A DNA stretch of 64,000 bases, from assembly GCA_020025075.1 (NCBI GenBank), contig JAHHSR010000001.1, forward strand, positions 43,011 through 107,010. The letters run 5' to 3'. Source of the stretch: Pectinatus sp. Its GTDB lineage: Bacteria; Bacillota; Negativicutes; Selenomonadales; Selenomonadaceae. The notes under the pieces are model-generated. The model did not search any database. It saw only the letters and a list, made by a program, of their open reading frames with translations, and had not been told where the DNA came from. This document shows, in pieces, positions 10,177 to 19,876 of this stretch (the stretch's first letter is position 1; each line of letters starts with the position of its first letter). Position numbers and translations under genes: made by a program.

Positions 10177-12627
10177 ATGCAGTCAAACGAGTTTATCGAG
10201 GAAAAAAACCGCTTTGAGCAGCTTTTTTTGCAGACTTCAAGTATCATGTTCGGCCAAAATGCAGAAGACCTCTCCAAGCAGAATCTCTACCAGTCCCTCG
10301 TCAGCACGATTAGGCAATATATAAGCGAAAATTGGATTAAGACGAATAAATTTTACGCCCAGACAAAGCAAAAGCAGGTCTATTACTTTTCGATAGAATT
10401 TTTGCTCGGCCGCCTTCTCAACTGCAATATCATCAATCTCGACATTGGCGATATCTGCCGTGAAGCTCTCAAAGACCTAAACATCAATCTCGATGAACTT
10501 TTTAACGAAGAGCCAGATGCAGGTCTTGGCAACGGCGGCCTTGGGCGCTTGGCGGCAGCTTTTATCGATTCTATGGCCTCGCTGGGAATACCCGGCAATG
10601 CCTGCGGTATTCATTACCGCTATGGCCTGTTTGAGCAAAAAATCATCAATAAAAATCAGGTTGAATTACCCGACAATTGGCTCAAAAACGGCTTTGCTTG
10701 GGAATACAGAAAAGCCGAAAAAGAAGTTTCCGTGCGTTTTGGCGGCAATGCCTATATGCGCCCTCGCCCCGATGGCTCTTTAGAACTCGTCCATGAAAAC
10801 TACTCAACTATTGCCGCAATCCCCTATGATGTTCCTATCGTCGGCTATCATAATGGCATCGTCAATACCTTGCGCCTGTGGAATGCGGAAGTGAGCCAGG
10901 ACTTTTCCGAAAACAATGCCCTGACATATGAACAGCTGCAAAAAAAACTCGACTACAACTACCGTCTCCAGGCTATTACCAGCTGCCTATATCCAGACGA
11001 TAGCTCATTAGACGGCAAAATGCTGCGCCTGACGCAAGAATATTTCTTCGTCTCGGCCGGCGTCCAAAGCATTGTGCGCCATTATAAAGAACGAGATTTG
11101 CCCCTTTCTTGCTTTTCTGACAAGGTAGCCATCCATATCAATGATACGCATCCGGCAATGGCCATTGCTGAACTCATGCGCATTCTCATCGACGAGAATA
11201 ACGTTTCTTGGGGTGAGGCATGGAACACCACCGTAAAGACGATGGCCTACACCAATCACACAATTTTGCCCGAGGCTCTTGAAACATGGCCTATCGATAT
11301 GTTCCGCGAACATCTGCCACGCATCTACCTCATCATCGAAGAAATTAACAGGCGCTTTTTGGCAAACGTGCGCAGCCGCTATCCAGGTAATGAAGATATC
11401 GTGCATAAACTTTCTATCTTGCAAGACGGCTTTGTACACATGGCACGCCTAGCCGTTGTTGGCAGCCATAGCGTCAACGGCGTAGCAAAGATTCACACCA
11501 ATATTCTCAAATCATATTGCATGAAAGAATTTAATGATTTTTATCCGCAAAAATTCAATAATAAAACCAATGGCATCACGCACCGCCGCTGGCTCCTCTC
11601 CGCCAATCCCGAATTATCATCCCTTCTTGACAGCCTTATCGGGCCAAACTGGCGTCGCGAGCCGATATTACTGCATGGCCTCTTGCATTATGCCGACGAT
11701 AAGAGCGCTTTAAACAAGCTCTCGCTCATCAAGCAGCATCATAAAGAACAGCTCAGTGCCTTCATCGAGCAAAAGTACGGCATTGCTGTTGACCCGCACT
11801 CCATTTTCGATTTTCAAATAAAGCGCATCCACTCTTATAAAAGGCAGATAATGAATGCCTTGCACCTCATGTACCTTTACAATACACTTAAAAATAATCC
11901 CTCCATGGATATTTATCCTCGCACCTTTATTTTCGCCGGAAAGGCTGCACCGGGATATTTTATTGCCAAGGAAACAATAAGGCTTATCAATACAATTGCT
12001 GCGGTAGTAAACAATGACCCGACAGTCAGAAAAAAGTTCAAAGTCATTTTTTTAGAAAATTACGGTGTTTCACTGGCTGAAAAACTCTTTCCGGCTGCCG
12101 ATATCAGCGAGCAGATTTCCACTGCCGGCAAAGAAGCCTCTGGCACAAGCAACATGAAGTTTATGATGAATGGCGCTTTGACTTTAGGAACGCTTGATGG
12201 CGCTAATATAGAAATCCATGATGCTGTCGGCGATGATAACTGTGTCATTTTCGGCCTTAATACGAATGAAATTCTCGCCTATTACAAAAATGGCACCTAT
12301 TCAGCTTGGAATGAGTACAAAACCAATACCGCCATCCACGAGCTTGTTGACCAGCTCACAAATGGCGTCTTTACCCAGTGGGGAGATTTTCGCTCTATTG
12401 CCGATTACCTTTTAGGAAGCAATGATGAATTTTTTGTCTTTAAGGACTTTCTCCCTTACTGCGCCGCTCACGACAAGATTGAAAAAAAATACCGCGACGC
12501 GCCTGGTTGGCACCGTTCCAGCCTTATCAACATTGCCCACTCTGGCATCTTTTCCAGCGATAGGACCATCTCTGAATATGCCAGCGACATCTGGCATGTA
12601 AATCCCGTCATTTTGCCAGAAAAATAA
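10177..12627 (+). CDS. glgP: Glycogen/alpha-glucan phosphorylase GlgP
   Basis: 816 aa with EPDAGLGNGGLGRLAA, and the PLP-lysine region EASGTSNMKFMMNGALTLGTLDGANIEI. Confidence 0.95.
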   Translation: MQSNEFIEEKNRFEQLFLQTSSIMFGQNAEDLSKQNLYQSLVSTIRQYISENWIKTNKFYAQTKQKQVYYFSIEFLLGRLLNCNIINLDIGDICREALKDLNINLDELFNEEPDAGLGNGGLGRLAAAFIDSMASLGIPGNACGIHYRYGLFEQKIINKNQVELPDNWLKNGFAWEYRKAEKEVSVRFGGNAYMRPRPDGSLELVHENYSTIAAIPYDVPIVGYHNGIVNTLRLWNAEVSQDFSENNALTYEQLQKKLDYNYRLQAITSCLYPDDSSLDGKMLRLTQEYFFVSAGVQSIVRHYKERDLPLSCFSDKVAIHINDTHPAMAIAELMRILIDENNVSWGEAWNTTVKTMAYTNHTILPEALETWPIDMFREHLPRIYLIIEEINRRFLANVRSRYPGNEDIVHKLSILQDGFVHMARLAVVGSHSVNGVAKIHTNILKSYCMKEFNDFYPQKFNNKTNGITHRRWLLSANPELSSLLDSLIGPNWRREPILLHGLLHYADDKSALNKLSLIKQHHKEQLSAFIEQKYGIAVDPHSIFDFQIKRIHSYKRQIMNALHLMYLYNTLKNNPSMDIYPRTFIFAGKAAPGYFIAKETIRLINTIAAVVNNDPTVRKKFKVIFLENYGVSLAEKLFPAADISEQISTAGKEASGTSNMKFMMNGALTLGTLDGANIEIHDAVGDDNCVIFGLNTNEILAYYKNGTYSAWNEYKTNTAIHELVDQLTNGVFTQWGDFRSIADYLLGSNDEFFVFKDFLPYCAAHDKIEKKYRDAPGWHRSSLINIAHSGIFSSDRTISEYASDIWHVNPVILPEK

Positions 12628-12678
12628 TTTATCTTCCTGTCCGCTAATCATTGCCAACAAGAGAAAGGAAGCAAAAGC

Positions 12679-14631
12679 ATGGTCAAATCAGAATTGAGCC
12701 CCTATGATTTATTTTTATTCCACGAGGGAACCAATTATCATGCACAGGGCATGTTTGGCGCCCACCTTTGCCAAAAAAACGGTGTGAAAGGCGTGCGCTT
12801 TGCCCTCTGGGCGCCTCATGCCCAAAAAGTAAGCGTCGTCGGTGATTTCAATGGCTGGGATTTAAATGCCGCCGTGATGGAAAAACTCTCTGATGGGCAA
12901 GTATGGCAAATTTTTATTCCCCATGTTCAGCCCGATGCCCTTTATAAATATGCTATTTATCCGCAAGAGGGCAATCGCATCCTTTATAAGGCCGACCCCT
13001 ACGCCTTTTATGCTGAAAGGGTACCACTTACTGCCTCACGCGTTTATGACCTTGAAAAATATCATTGGCACGATAAAGAGTGGCAAAAAAAAATAAACGA
13101 ACAATCATCTTATAACAGTCCCATTCTAATCTATGAGGTCCATGCCGGTTCTTGGCGACGCACCTTAGAAAACGAGTATCTTTCTTATCGGGACCTTGCC
13201 GAGCAACTCATAAGCTATGTAAAGAAAATGCACTACACGCATATTGAATTCATGCCCCTTTGCGAACATCCTTTTGATGGCTCTTGGGGCTATCAGATAA
13301 CCGGATATTTTGCTCCGACAAGCAGATATGGCACGCCTGATGATTTGCGCTATCTCATCGACTGCGCCCACCAGGCAGGTATTGGCATTATCATGGATTG
13401 GGTACCCGGACATTTTTGCCAAGATGAGCACGGCCTTGCCTTCTTTGATGGCAAGAACCTCTACGAAAGCGACAACCCCATGCGCAATAAGAATGAACAA
13501 TGGGGGACGAATAACTTTGACTATGGGCGCACAGAGGTGCAAAGCTTTTTGATTTCCAATGCCCTTTATTGGTTTGATGAATTCCATATCGACGGCATAC
13601 GCATTGACGCCGTTGCCAATATGCTATATTTAAATTATGGCAAGGAAGATGGAAAATGGCAACCCAATCGCTATGGCGGCACTGGCAATTTAGAGGCAAT
13701 TGATTTCATCAAGAAGCTCAATGAAATCGTCTTTAAATACCACCCTAAAGCCTTGATGATTGCCGAAGAATCCACCGATTGGCCGCTCATCAGCAAACCC
13801 ACCTATGTCGGTGGCATGGGCTTTAATTATAAATGGAATATGGGCTGGATGAATGATATTCTTTCCTATATCAGCCTCGACCCCATCTACCGCAAGTGGA
13901 ATCACGATAAGATTACCTTTTCTCTCATGTACGCTTTTGCAGAAAACTTTGTTTTGCCGCTTTCTCATGATGAAGTAGTGCATGGCAAACGTTCTCTGCT
14001 CGATAAAATGCCCGGCGATTACTGGCAAAAATTTGCCGGCTTGCGTCTCCTACTGGGGTACTGGATGGCTCATCCCGGCAAGAAATTGCTCTTCATGGGG
14101 TGTGAATTTGGCCAATTTATCGAATGGAAGTTCGACAATAGCCTTGATTGGCATCTCATAGAATCCTATCCCATGCATGAAGCCATGCAGCTTTACACGA
14201 AAAAATTAAATGGCTTTTATTGCAGCAACCCCGCTTTTTGGCAAATAGACTTTGACTGGTCGGGCTTTACATGGCTGACATGCGATGACTGCGACAATAG
14301 CATCGTCGCCTTCTTGCGCAAAGACCAGGCGGGTAATTTCATCATCGTCGTCTGCAATTTCACCCCGCAAGTTTGCCATGATTATTTAATTGGCGTACCG
14401 CGTGCTGGCAGTTACCGAGAGCTATTTAATAGCGATGACAAAAAATTTGGCGGCTCTGGCGTAAAAAATCCGCCCGCCATCTTGACTTTAAATACGCCAA
14501 ACCACGGCTTTCACCAATCATTGCCCCTCACCATACCGCCCTTGGCCACTATCTATATCGGCCTGACGAAAAAAGACGCAAATAAAAATAATATTACGAA
14601 AGGAGAAAGCTGCTGGATGCACGAAGGCTAG
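12679..14631 (+). CDS. glgB: 1,4-alpha-glucan branching enzyme GlgB
   Basis: 650 aa with GH13 motifs (DWVPGHF, GIRIDAVANMLY, MIAEESTDWP, LPLSHDEVVHGK). Confidence 0.95.
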   Translation: MVKSELSPYDLFLFHEGTNYHAQGMFGAHLCQKNGVKGVRFALWAPHAQKVSVVGDFNGWDLNAAVMEKLSDGQVWQIFIPHVQPDALYKYAIYPQEGNRILYKADPYAFYAERVPLTASRVYDLEKYHWHDKEWQKKINEQSSYNSPILIYEVHAGSWRRTLENEYLSYRDLAEQLISYVKKMHYTHIEFMPLCEHPFDGSWGYQITGYFAPTSRYGTPDDLRYLIDCAHQAGIGIIMDWVPGHFCQDEHGLAFFDGKNLYESDNPMRNKNEQWGTNNFDYGRTEVQSFLISNALYWFDEFHIDGIRIDAVANMLYLNYGKEDGKWQPNRYGGTGNLEAIDFIKKLNEIVFKYHPKALMIAEESTDWPLISKPTYVGGMGFNYKWNMGWMNDILSYISLDPIYRKWNHDKITFSLMYAFAENFVLPLSHDEVVHGKRSLLDKMPGDYWQKFAGLRLLLGYWMAHPGKKLLFMGCEFGQFIEWKFDNSLDWHLIESYPMHEAMQLYTKKLNGFYCSNPAFWQIDFDWSGFTWLTCDDCDNSIVAFLRKDQAGNFIIVVCNFTPQVCHDYLIGVPRAGSYRELFNSDDKKFGGSGVKNPPAILTLNTPNHGFHQSLPLTIPPLATIYIGLTKKDANKNNITKGESCWMHEG

Positions 14632-14718
14632 GAAAAGCCTTGCCCTCTCCGCCCGCAAAAGCCTTGCGCCCGGCAATAAAAAGGCTGCGGGCACCAGCAT
14701 CTGACAGCAGTGATTACC

Positions 14719-16170
14719 ATGATTAAAGTTCTCTATGCAGCATCAGAAGCAGCTCCTTTTATCAAGACAGGTGGCCTAGGCGATGTAGCAGGCTCTCTGC
14801 CGTTAGAACTGCAAAAACAAAATGTCGATATCCGCGTTGTCCTGCCTAAATACAGCTCTATTTCCAGCCGTTATAAAGATAAAATGCAGCATCTTTGCCA
14901 TACGCAAATTGGCCTTGCCTGGCGCCGCAAATATCTCGGCATCAATAAGCTGGTCCATAACGGCATCACTTTTTATTTCATCGATAACGAAGATTACTTC
15001 AAAAGAAACAACTGTTATGGCTTTGACGACGATGCCGAACGCTTTGCCTTCTTTAGCCGCGCTATCTTAGAAATGCTGCCGTTAATTGATTTTTATCCCG
15101 ATGTCATAAATTTAAATGACTGGCAGACGGCATTGGTTAGCGTATTTTTAAAGCTGCAATATCGCCAAAAAACGCACTACGAAAATATAAAGACCGTCTT
15201 TACCATTCATAATTTAAAATACCAGGGCATCTTCGACGCCAATATTACTACGGACATTCTTTCTTTGGATAGGCACTTTTACGATAACGGCGATTTGGAA
15301 TTTTACGGTGCCGTCAACTTTATGAAGGCTGGCCTTTTATACGCTGATTTTCTCACCACGGTCAGCCATTCTTATGCCAATGAAATTCAAAATCCATATT
15401 TTGGCGAAAAGCTCGATGGCATCTTGCGCATGCGCAGCAATGAGCTTACCGGCATCGTCAATGGCATCGACTATCGCGAATATAATCCGCGAACGGACCG
15501 TTATCTGAGCGTAAATTACGATATTTATAATGCACTTGCCGGCAAGGCAGAAAATAAGATTAACCTGCAAAAGCGCCTTGGCCTGCCGCTTTCGCGCTCG
15601 GCGCCGATTTTATCTATCGTGTCTCGCTTAGTAGAGACCAAGGGAATCGACCTCATCATCAGGATTATCGATGAGCTCTTAAAATTCGAGGATATACAAC
15701 TTGTCATTTTGGGCACGGGCGATTATGCCTATGAAGAATGGTTCAAGGGGCTGCAATGGCGCTTTCCGAAAAAGGTTTCGGCCAATATTACTTTCAGCAA
15801 TGAAATGGCCCATATGATTTATGCAGCATCCAGCTTATTTTTAATGCCTTCTCGCTACGAGCCATGCGGCATCGGGCAGCTTATCGCTCTTCGCTATGGC
15901 GCTATTCCCGTCGTACATGCCGTCGGCGGCCTGCACGATACGGTATATCCTTATGATAGTTTTTCCAACCACGGCAACGGCTATACCTTCTGCAGTTACA
16001 ATGCCCATGATTTTCTCTTCGCCATAAAGCGCGCGCTGGAAACGTGCACGGATATAAGCCTCCACAAAAAAATAGTTGAAAATGCCATGAAAGCAGATTA
16101 CAGCTGGTCTGAATCAGCTAAACAATATAAGCGCCTTTATACTGACCTCGCCAAAAATAAGGAAATATAG
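14719..16170 (+). CDS. glgA: Glycogen synthase GlgA (alternative GTG start at 14710)
   Basis: MIKVLYAASEAAPFIKTGGLGDV (KTGGL motif). GT5 fold, 483 aa from ATG 14719. Confidence 0.93.
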   Translation: MIKVLYAASEAAPFIKTGGLGDVAGSLPLELQKQNVDIRVVLPKYSSISSRYKDKMQHLCHTQIGLAWRRKYLGINKLVHNGITFYFIDNEDYFKRNNCYGFDDDAERFAFFSRAILEMLPLIDFYPDVINLNDWQTALVSVFLKLQYRQKTHYENIKTVFTIHNLKYQGIFDANITTDILSLDRHFYDNGDLEFYGAVNFMKAGLLYADFLTTVSHSYANEIQNPYFGEKLDGILRMRSNELTGIVNGIDYREYNPRTDRYLSVNYDIYNALAGKAENKINLQKRLGLPLSRSAPILSIVSRLVETKGIDLIIRIIDELLKFEDIQLVILGTGDYAYEEWFKGLQWRFPKKVSANITFSNEMAHMIYAASSLFLMPSRYEPCGIGQLIALRYGAIPVVHAVGGLHDTVYPYDSFSNHGNGYTFCSYNAHDFLFAIKRALETCTDISLHKKIVENAMKADYSWSESAKQYKRLYTDLAKNKEI

Positions 16171-16275
16171 CATTATGGTCCACGATATTTTTACAAATTA
16201 ATCAGGCGGATATTTACCTAACCTGTCCTTTTCCGCCTAAGGGGGATTTCTTGCAGGTTAGGCTAAAAGGTAAAG

Positions 16276-19200
16276 GTGATTTTCTTGCAACGAGAAAAAA
16301 TCGAGGTCTTTCACGATTCACAAAATGCCCTGTATCGCTATCCGCTCGGCGCTAGACCAACTGAAAGCACTGTCAAATTAAGTATTCGCATCGAATGCGA
16401 TATGCCTTTAAAAGCGCAGCTTCGCCTCTGGCAAAATGATTGCGGCGAAACACTTTTGTCGCTAGAAAAATGCCCAGACAGCTTTTATGAAGCCCGCCTA
16501 AAGCTTCCCGACAAGGGACAGCTTATCTGGTACTACTTTATCATCTCACTGGAAAATGGCCAGACATTTTATTACGGGAATTTTTCTAACCTGGGCGGTA
16601 AAGGTTCTTTATCCGAAAATATACCGCCTTCATTTCAGATTACCGTCTTTCAAAAGGAGGCCAAAACACCAGCCTGGGCAAAAAAAGCTGTCTTTTATCA
16701 GATTTTCCCCGACCGTTTTTACCATGGCCAAGTCGGATTTGTCCCCAAAAAGGGAGCGCTTTACCACGCCGATTGGCAAGATACGCCTTTTTATTTTAAA
16801 GATATTTCCAGCGGGCGCATCGCTGCTTACGATTTTTTCGGCGGTGACTTAGAAGGTATCCGGCAAAAGCTCCCTTACCTTCTCGACTTAGGTGTCAATG
16901 CCCTTTATTTAAATCCCATTTTCAAGGCACAAAGCAACCATCGTTACGATACGGCCGATTACCTTTGTATAGACCCCATCCTGGGAACAGAGGCCGACCT
17001 AAAAAGCTTGTGCCAAAGTGCCAAAAAAAAGAAGATGCACATCATTCTCGACGGCGTCTTTAGCCATACCGGCAGTGATAGCATTTATTTCAATCGCTAC
17101 GGCACTTACAATTCCCAAGGAGCCTTTCAAACAAAGGAATCACCATATTTTTCTTGGTATGATTTTAAACAGTATCCTAAAGAATATGCCTGCTGGTGGA
17201 ACTTTGATACTTTGCCCGATGTCAAAGAAACAACCCCTTCTTACCTTGATTTCATCATCTCGGGGCAAGATAGCGTCCTAAGGCACTGGCATAACTGCGG
17301 CACGAACGGCTGGCGCCTTGATGTCATTGACGAATTGCCGCAAAAATTTTCCCGCCTTCTCTATAAAGAAGCCAAAAAAATCAACGCTGATAACCTCATC
17401 ATCGGCGAAGTCTGGGAAGACGCTTCCAACAAAATAAGCTATGGCCTGCCACGCGAATACCTTTGCGGCTATGACATGGATAGCGCCATGAACTATCCGC
17501 TGCGCCAGATAATCATCGACTTTTTGCTCATGCGGGATAATGCAGGTCAAAGCACCCAAAAATTAAAATCGCAACTGGAAAATTACCCCATAGAAAATGC
17601 TTATGCCATGCTCAATTTGCTTGGCAGCCACGATGTGGAAAGAATCTTAACCATTTTAGGCGAAGGCGCACCCCCAAATGGTGCCACTGAAATGGAAAAG
17701 GCACTTTATCGCCTGCCGGCAGAAAAAGAATTGCTAGCTAGAGAAAGATTAAAGCTCGCGGTCATCTTTCAATTTACCTATCCCGGCATGCCCTGCATTT
17801 ATTACGGCGATGAAATAGGCCTGCAGGGGTTTCGCGACCCTTATAACAGAACTACTTTTAATTGGGACAAGCTCTCCGATGAGCTATTTTCCTTTTACAA
17901 AAAAGTAATTGCTTTGCGGCAAAAAAATACGGCCTTGCAAACGGGCTTTATCGACTTTCTTCCCAGTAAAAGCGACGATATCTTGGCCTATACGCGCTTT
18001 ATTGACTCTAGGCACGATGCTTTCGGCAACATCTGCCCCAACAGCCTTTTCATCGTCATTTTAAATCGCGGCAAAAAGCAGCCCTTCGGCCTTAATACCG
18101 CTAATTTAGGAGCTTTTGAATTTTGTGATTGCCTGACGGGAAAACATTTCTTTTCTTCTAGTGGCCAATTGGAAATAACTCTCGCTCAAAGGCAGGCCCT
18201 CTTATTGCAGCCCGTGCCGCAAAAGGCCTTTACTAAGCGGGCCAGTGGCGTTTTACTGCACATATCTTCCCTCCCCCAAGAGCCTTGCGGCAACATTGGC
18301 CCTATCGCCTATCAATTCATTGACTTTCTAAAAAGCAGCGGACAGACATATTGGCAATTTCTCCCCTTAAATCCGCCCGGCTTTGGCGACTCTCCCTATC
18401 AATCACCAAGCTCTTTTGCTGGCAATCATGATTTCATCTCGCCACAGCTACTTTCACTTGACAATTTGCTAAGCGAAAGTGAATGGCGCTCCATAAAGAC
18501 AAAAGAGGACCTTCATCGCCATTTCAAAATCGCCTATCAGCGCTTTGAAAAAGATGCTGATTTCAAAAATTTTTGCCAAGCGCAAAGCTACTGGCTTGAT
18601 GATTACGCCGCTTACATGGCCTTAAAGGAAAAGTATAATGCTCCTTGGCCGCAATGGCCAGCGCCAGAAAGAGACAGAAAAGAAAGTGCCCTTTCGGAAA
18701 TCCGCAAAAGCGACAGCTATTCCTATCACCTTTTTTTGCAATATGAATTTCATCGTCAATGGCAAAAATTGCGCGCTTACGCCCAAAGAAATGGCATCTT
18801 CCTCATTGGCGACTTGCCCATCTATCCAGCTCACGACAGTGCGGATACCTGGGCCCATCGAGAGCTATTTGACCTCAATCCAGATGGCAGCTTAAAAGCG
18901 CAAGCTGGCGTGCCGCCCGATTATTTTAGCAAAACGGGACAACTTTGGGGCAATCCCCTTTATTTATGGCCAAAACTTGCTGCTGACGATTACCGCTGGT
19001 GGAAGGAGCGCCTAAAATCCTGCTGGCAAAAAGCAGACCTTATCCGCCTCGACCATTTTCGCGGCTTCGCCGACTATTGGGCAGTAGATGCTAATGCCCC
19101 CACCGCCGCTACCGGTAAATGGCTCGATGGTCTAGGCCTTGTCTTTTTTGCCTCTTTAAAAAAAGATTTTGGCCGACTTTTTGTCATCGCCGAAGACCTG

Positions 19201-19671
19201 GGCGAGCTTTCTAAAAAAGCTAAAGCCCTAAAAAAGGACTGCCAATTCCCCGGCATGGACATTCTCCAATTTGACCTTTTATCTGCCCGTGAAAATGCTT
19301 GCCTTCTGCTGCCCGAAAACAGCGTCGTCTACACGGGAACGCACGACAACAACACTTTAGGCGGCTATTTTGCCGAGGGCATAAATAAGAGCGCCCGCTG
19401 CCATATCAGCGCCAAACTATTGCCCAGCATTGCTGCCCCATCTGATGAGCAGCTCATTTTCAGCACCATCGAAGCCGCTTTTGCCAGTGATGCTTGCCTT
19501 TGCATTACGCCCATACAAGATTTTCTCCACTTGGGCGCTCAAGCGCGCATGAATCTCCCTGGCACGGTAGGGAAAAACTGGCAATGGCAATTAAATGAGG
19601 ACCAATTTGCCTTTCTTCTGAAAAAGAGCGCCAAATTATACGAGCTAACCAAAAAATATCAGCGCCTTTGA
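16276..19671 (+). CDS. Bifunctional GH13 (neopullulanase/debranching-type) :: GH77 4-alpha-glucanotransferase (MalQ) fusion
   Basis: 1131 aa. N-terminal half carries GH13 regions: YQIFPDRF, DGVFSHTG, GWRLDVIDEL, GEVWED, LLGSHDVER. From about aa 655 (nt ~18235) a MalQ-type domain begins: RASGVLLHISSLP...YWQFLPLNPPGFGDSPYQSPSSFAGN, RLDHFRGF, YTGTHDN. Confidence 0.85.
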   Translation: MIFLQREKIEVFHDSQNALYRYPLGARPTESTVKLSIRIECDMPLKAQLRLWQNDCGETLLSLEKCPDSFYEARLKLPDKGQLIWYYFIISLENGQTFYYGNFSNLGGKGSLSENIPPSFQITVFQKEAKTPAWAKKAVFYQIFPDRFYHGQVGFVPKKGALYHADWQDTPFYFKDISSGRIAAYDFFGGDLEGIRQKLPYLLDLGVNALYLNPIFKAQSNHRYDTADYLCIDPILGTEADLKSLCQSAKKKKMHIILDGVFSHTGSDSIYFNRYGTYNSQGAFQTKESPYFSWYDFKQYPKEYACWWNFDTLPDVKETTPSYLDFIISGQDSVLRHWHNCGTNGWRLDVIDELPQKFSRLLYKEAKKINADNLIIGEVWEDASNKISYGLPREYLCGYDMDSAMNYPLRQIIIDFLLMRDNAGQSTQKLKSQLENYPIENAYAMLNLLGSHDVERILTILGEGAPPNGATEMEKALYRLPAEKELLARERLKLAVIFQFTYPGMPCIYYGDEIGLQGFRDPYNRTTFNWDKLSDELFSFYKKVIALRQKNTALQTGFIDFLPSKSDDILAYTRFIDSRHDAFGNICPNSLFIVILNRGKKQPFGLNTANLGAFEFCDCLTGKHFFSSSGQLEITLAQRQALLLQPVPQKAFTKRASGVLLHISSLPQEPCGNIGPIAYQFIDFLKSSGQTYWQFLPLNPPGFGDSPYQSPSSFAGNHDFISPQLLSLDNLLSESEWRSIKTKEDLHRHFKIAYQRFEKDADFKNFCQAQSYWLDDYAAYMALKEKYNAPWPQWPAPERDRKESALSEIRKSDSYSYHLFLQYEFHRQWQKLRAYAQRNGIFLIGDLPIYPAHDSADTWAHRELFDLNPDGSLKAQAGVPPDYFSKTGQLWGNPLYLWPKLAADDYRWWKERLKSCWQKADLIRLDHFRGFADYWAVDANAPTAATGKWLDGLGLVFFASLKKDFGRLFVIAEDLGELSKKAKALKKDCQFPGMDILQFDLLSARENACLLLPENSVVYTGTHDNNTLGGYFAEGINKSARCHISAKLLPSIAAPSDEQLIFSTIEAAFASDACLCITPIQDFLHLGAQARMNLPGTVGKNWQWQLNEDQFAFLLKKSAKLYELTKKYQRL

Positions 19672-19753
19672 TGCCATATCTTCTTTCTTAAATGGAGGCT
19701 AGATGTGAGCAAATCAATGCAAATAATTAATAAGCGAAAATAGTTCACAATAA

Positions 19754-19795
19754 AAATCCTTTTTTCGGTATCATCTGTGAAAAAAGGATTTTTTG
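19754..19795 (+). terminator. Intrinsic terminator after the glycogen operon
   Basis: AAATCCTTTTTTC (19754-19766) pairs with GAAAAAAGGATTT (19779-19791), running into TTTTTT. Confidence 0.6.
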
Positions 19796-19876
19796 CTTAT
19801 TGGCAAGAATTATATATATTTGACTGCAATCACATTATCAAATGGGCATTTTGTCCTTTAAAATCAGGAGATTTAT

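Noticed and set aside
19672-19740. GGAGG followed by an ATG-TGA start-stop and a possible 12-codon mini-ORF after the glycogen operon.
   Set aside because: It is too short, with no supporting context or conservation information. It is most likely chance.
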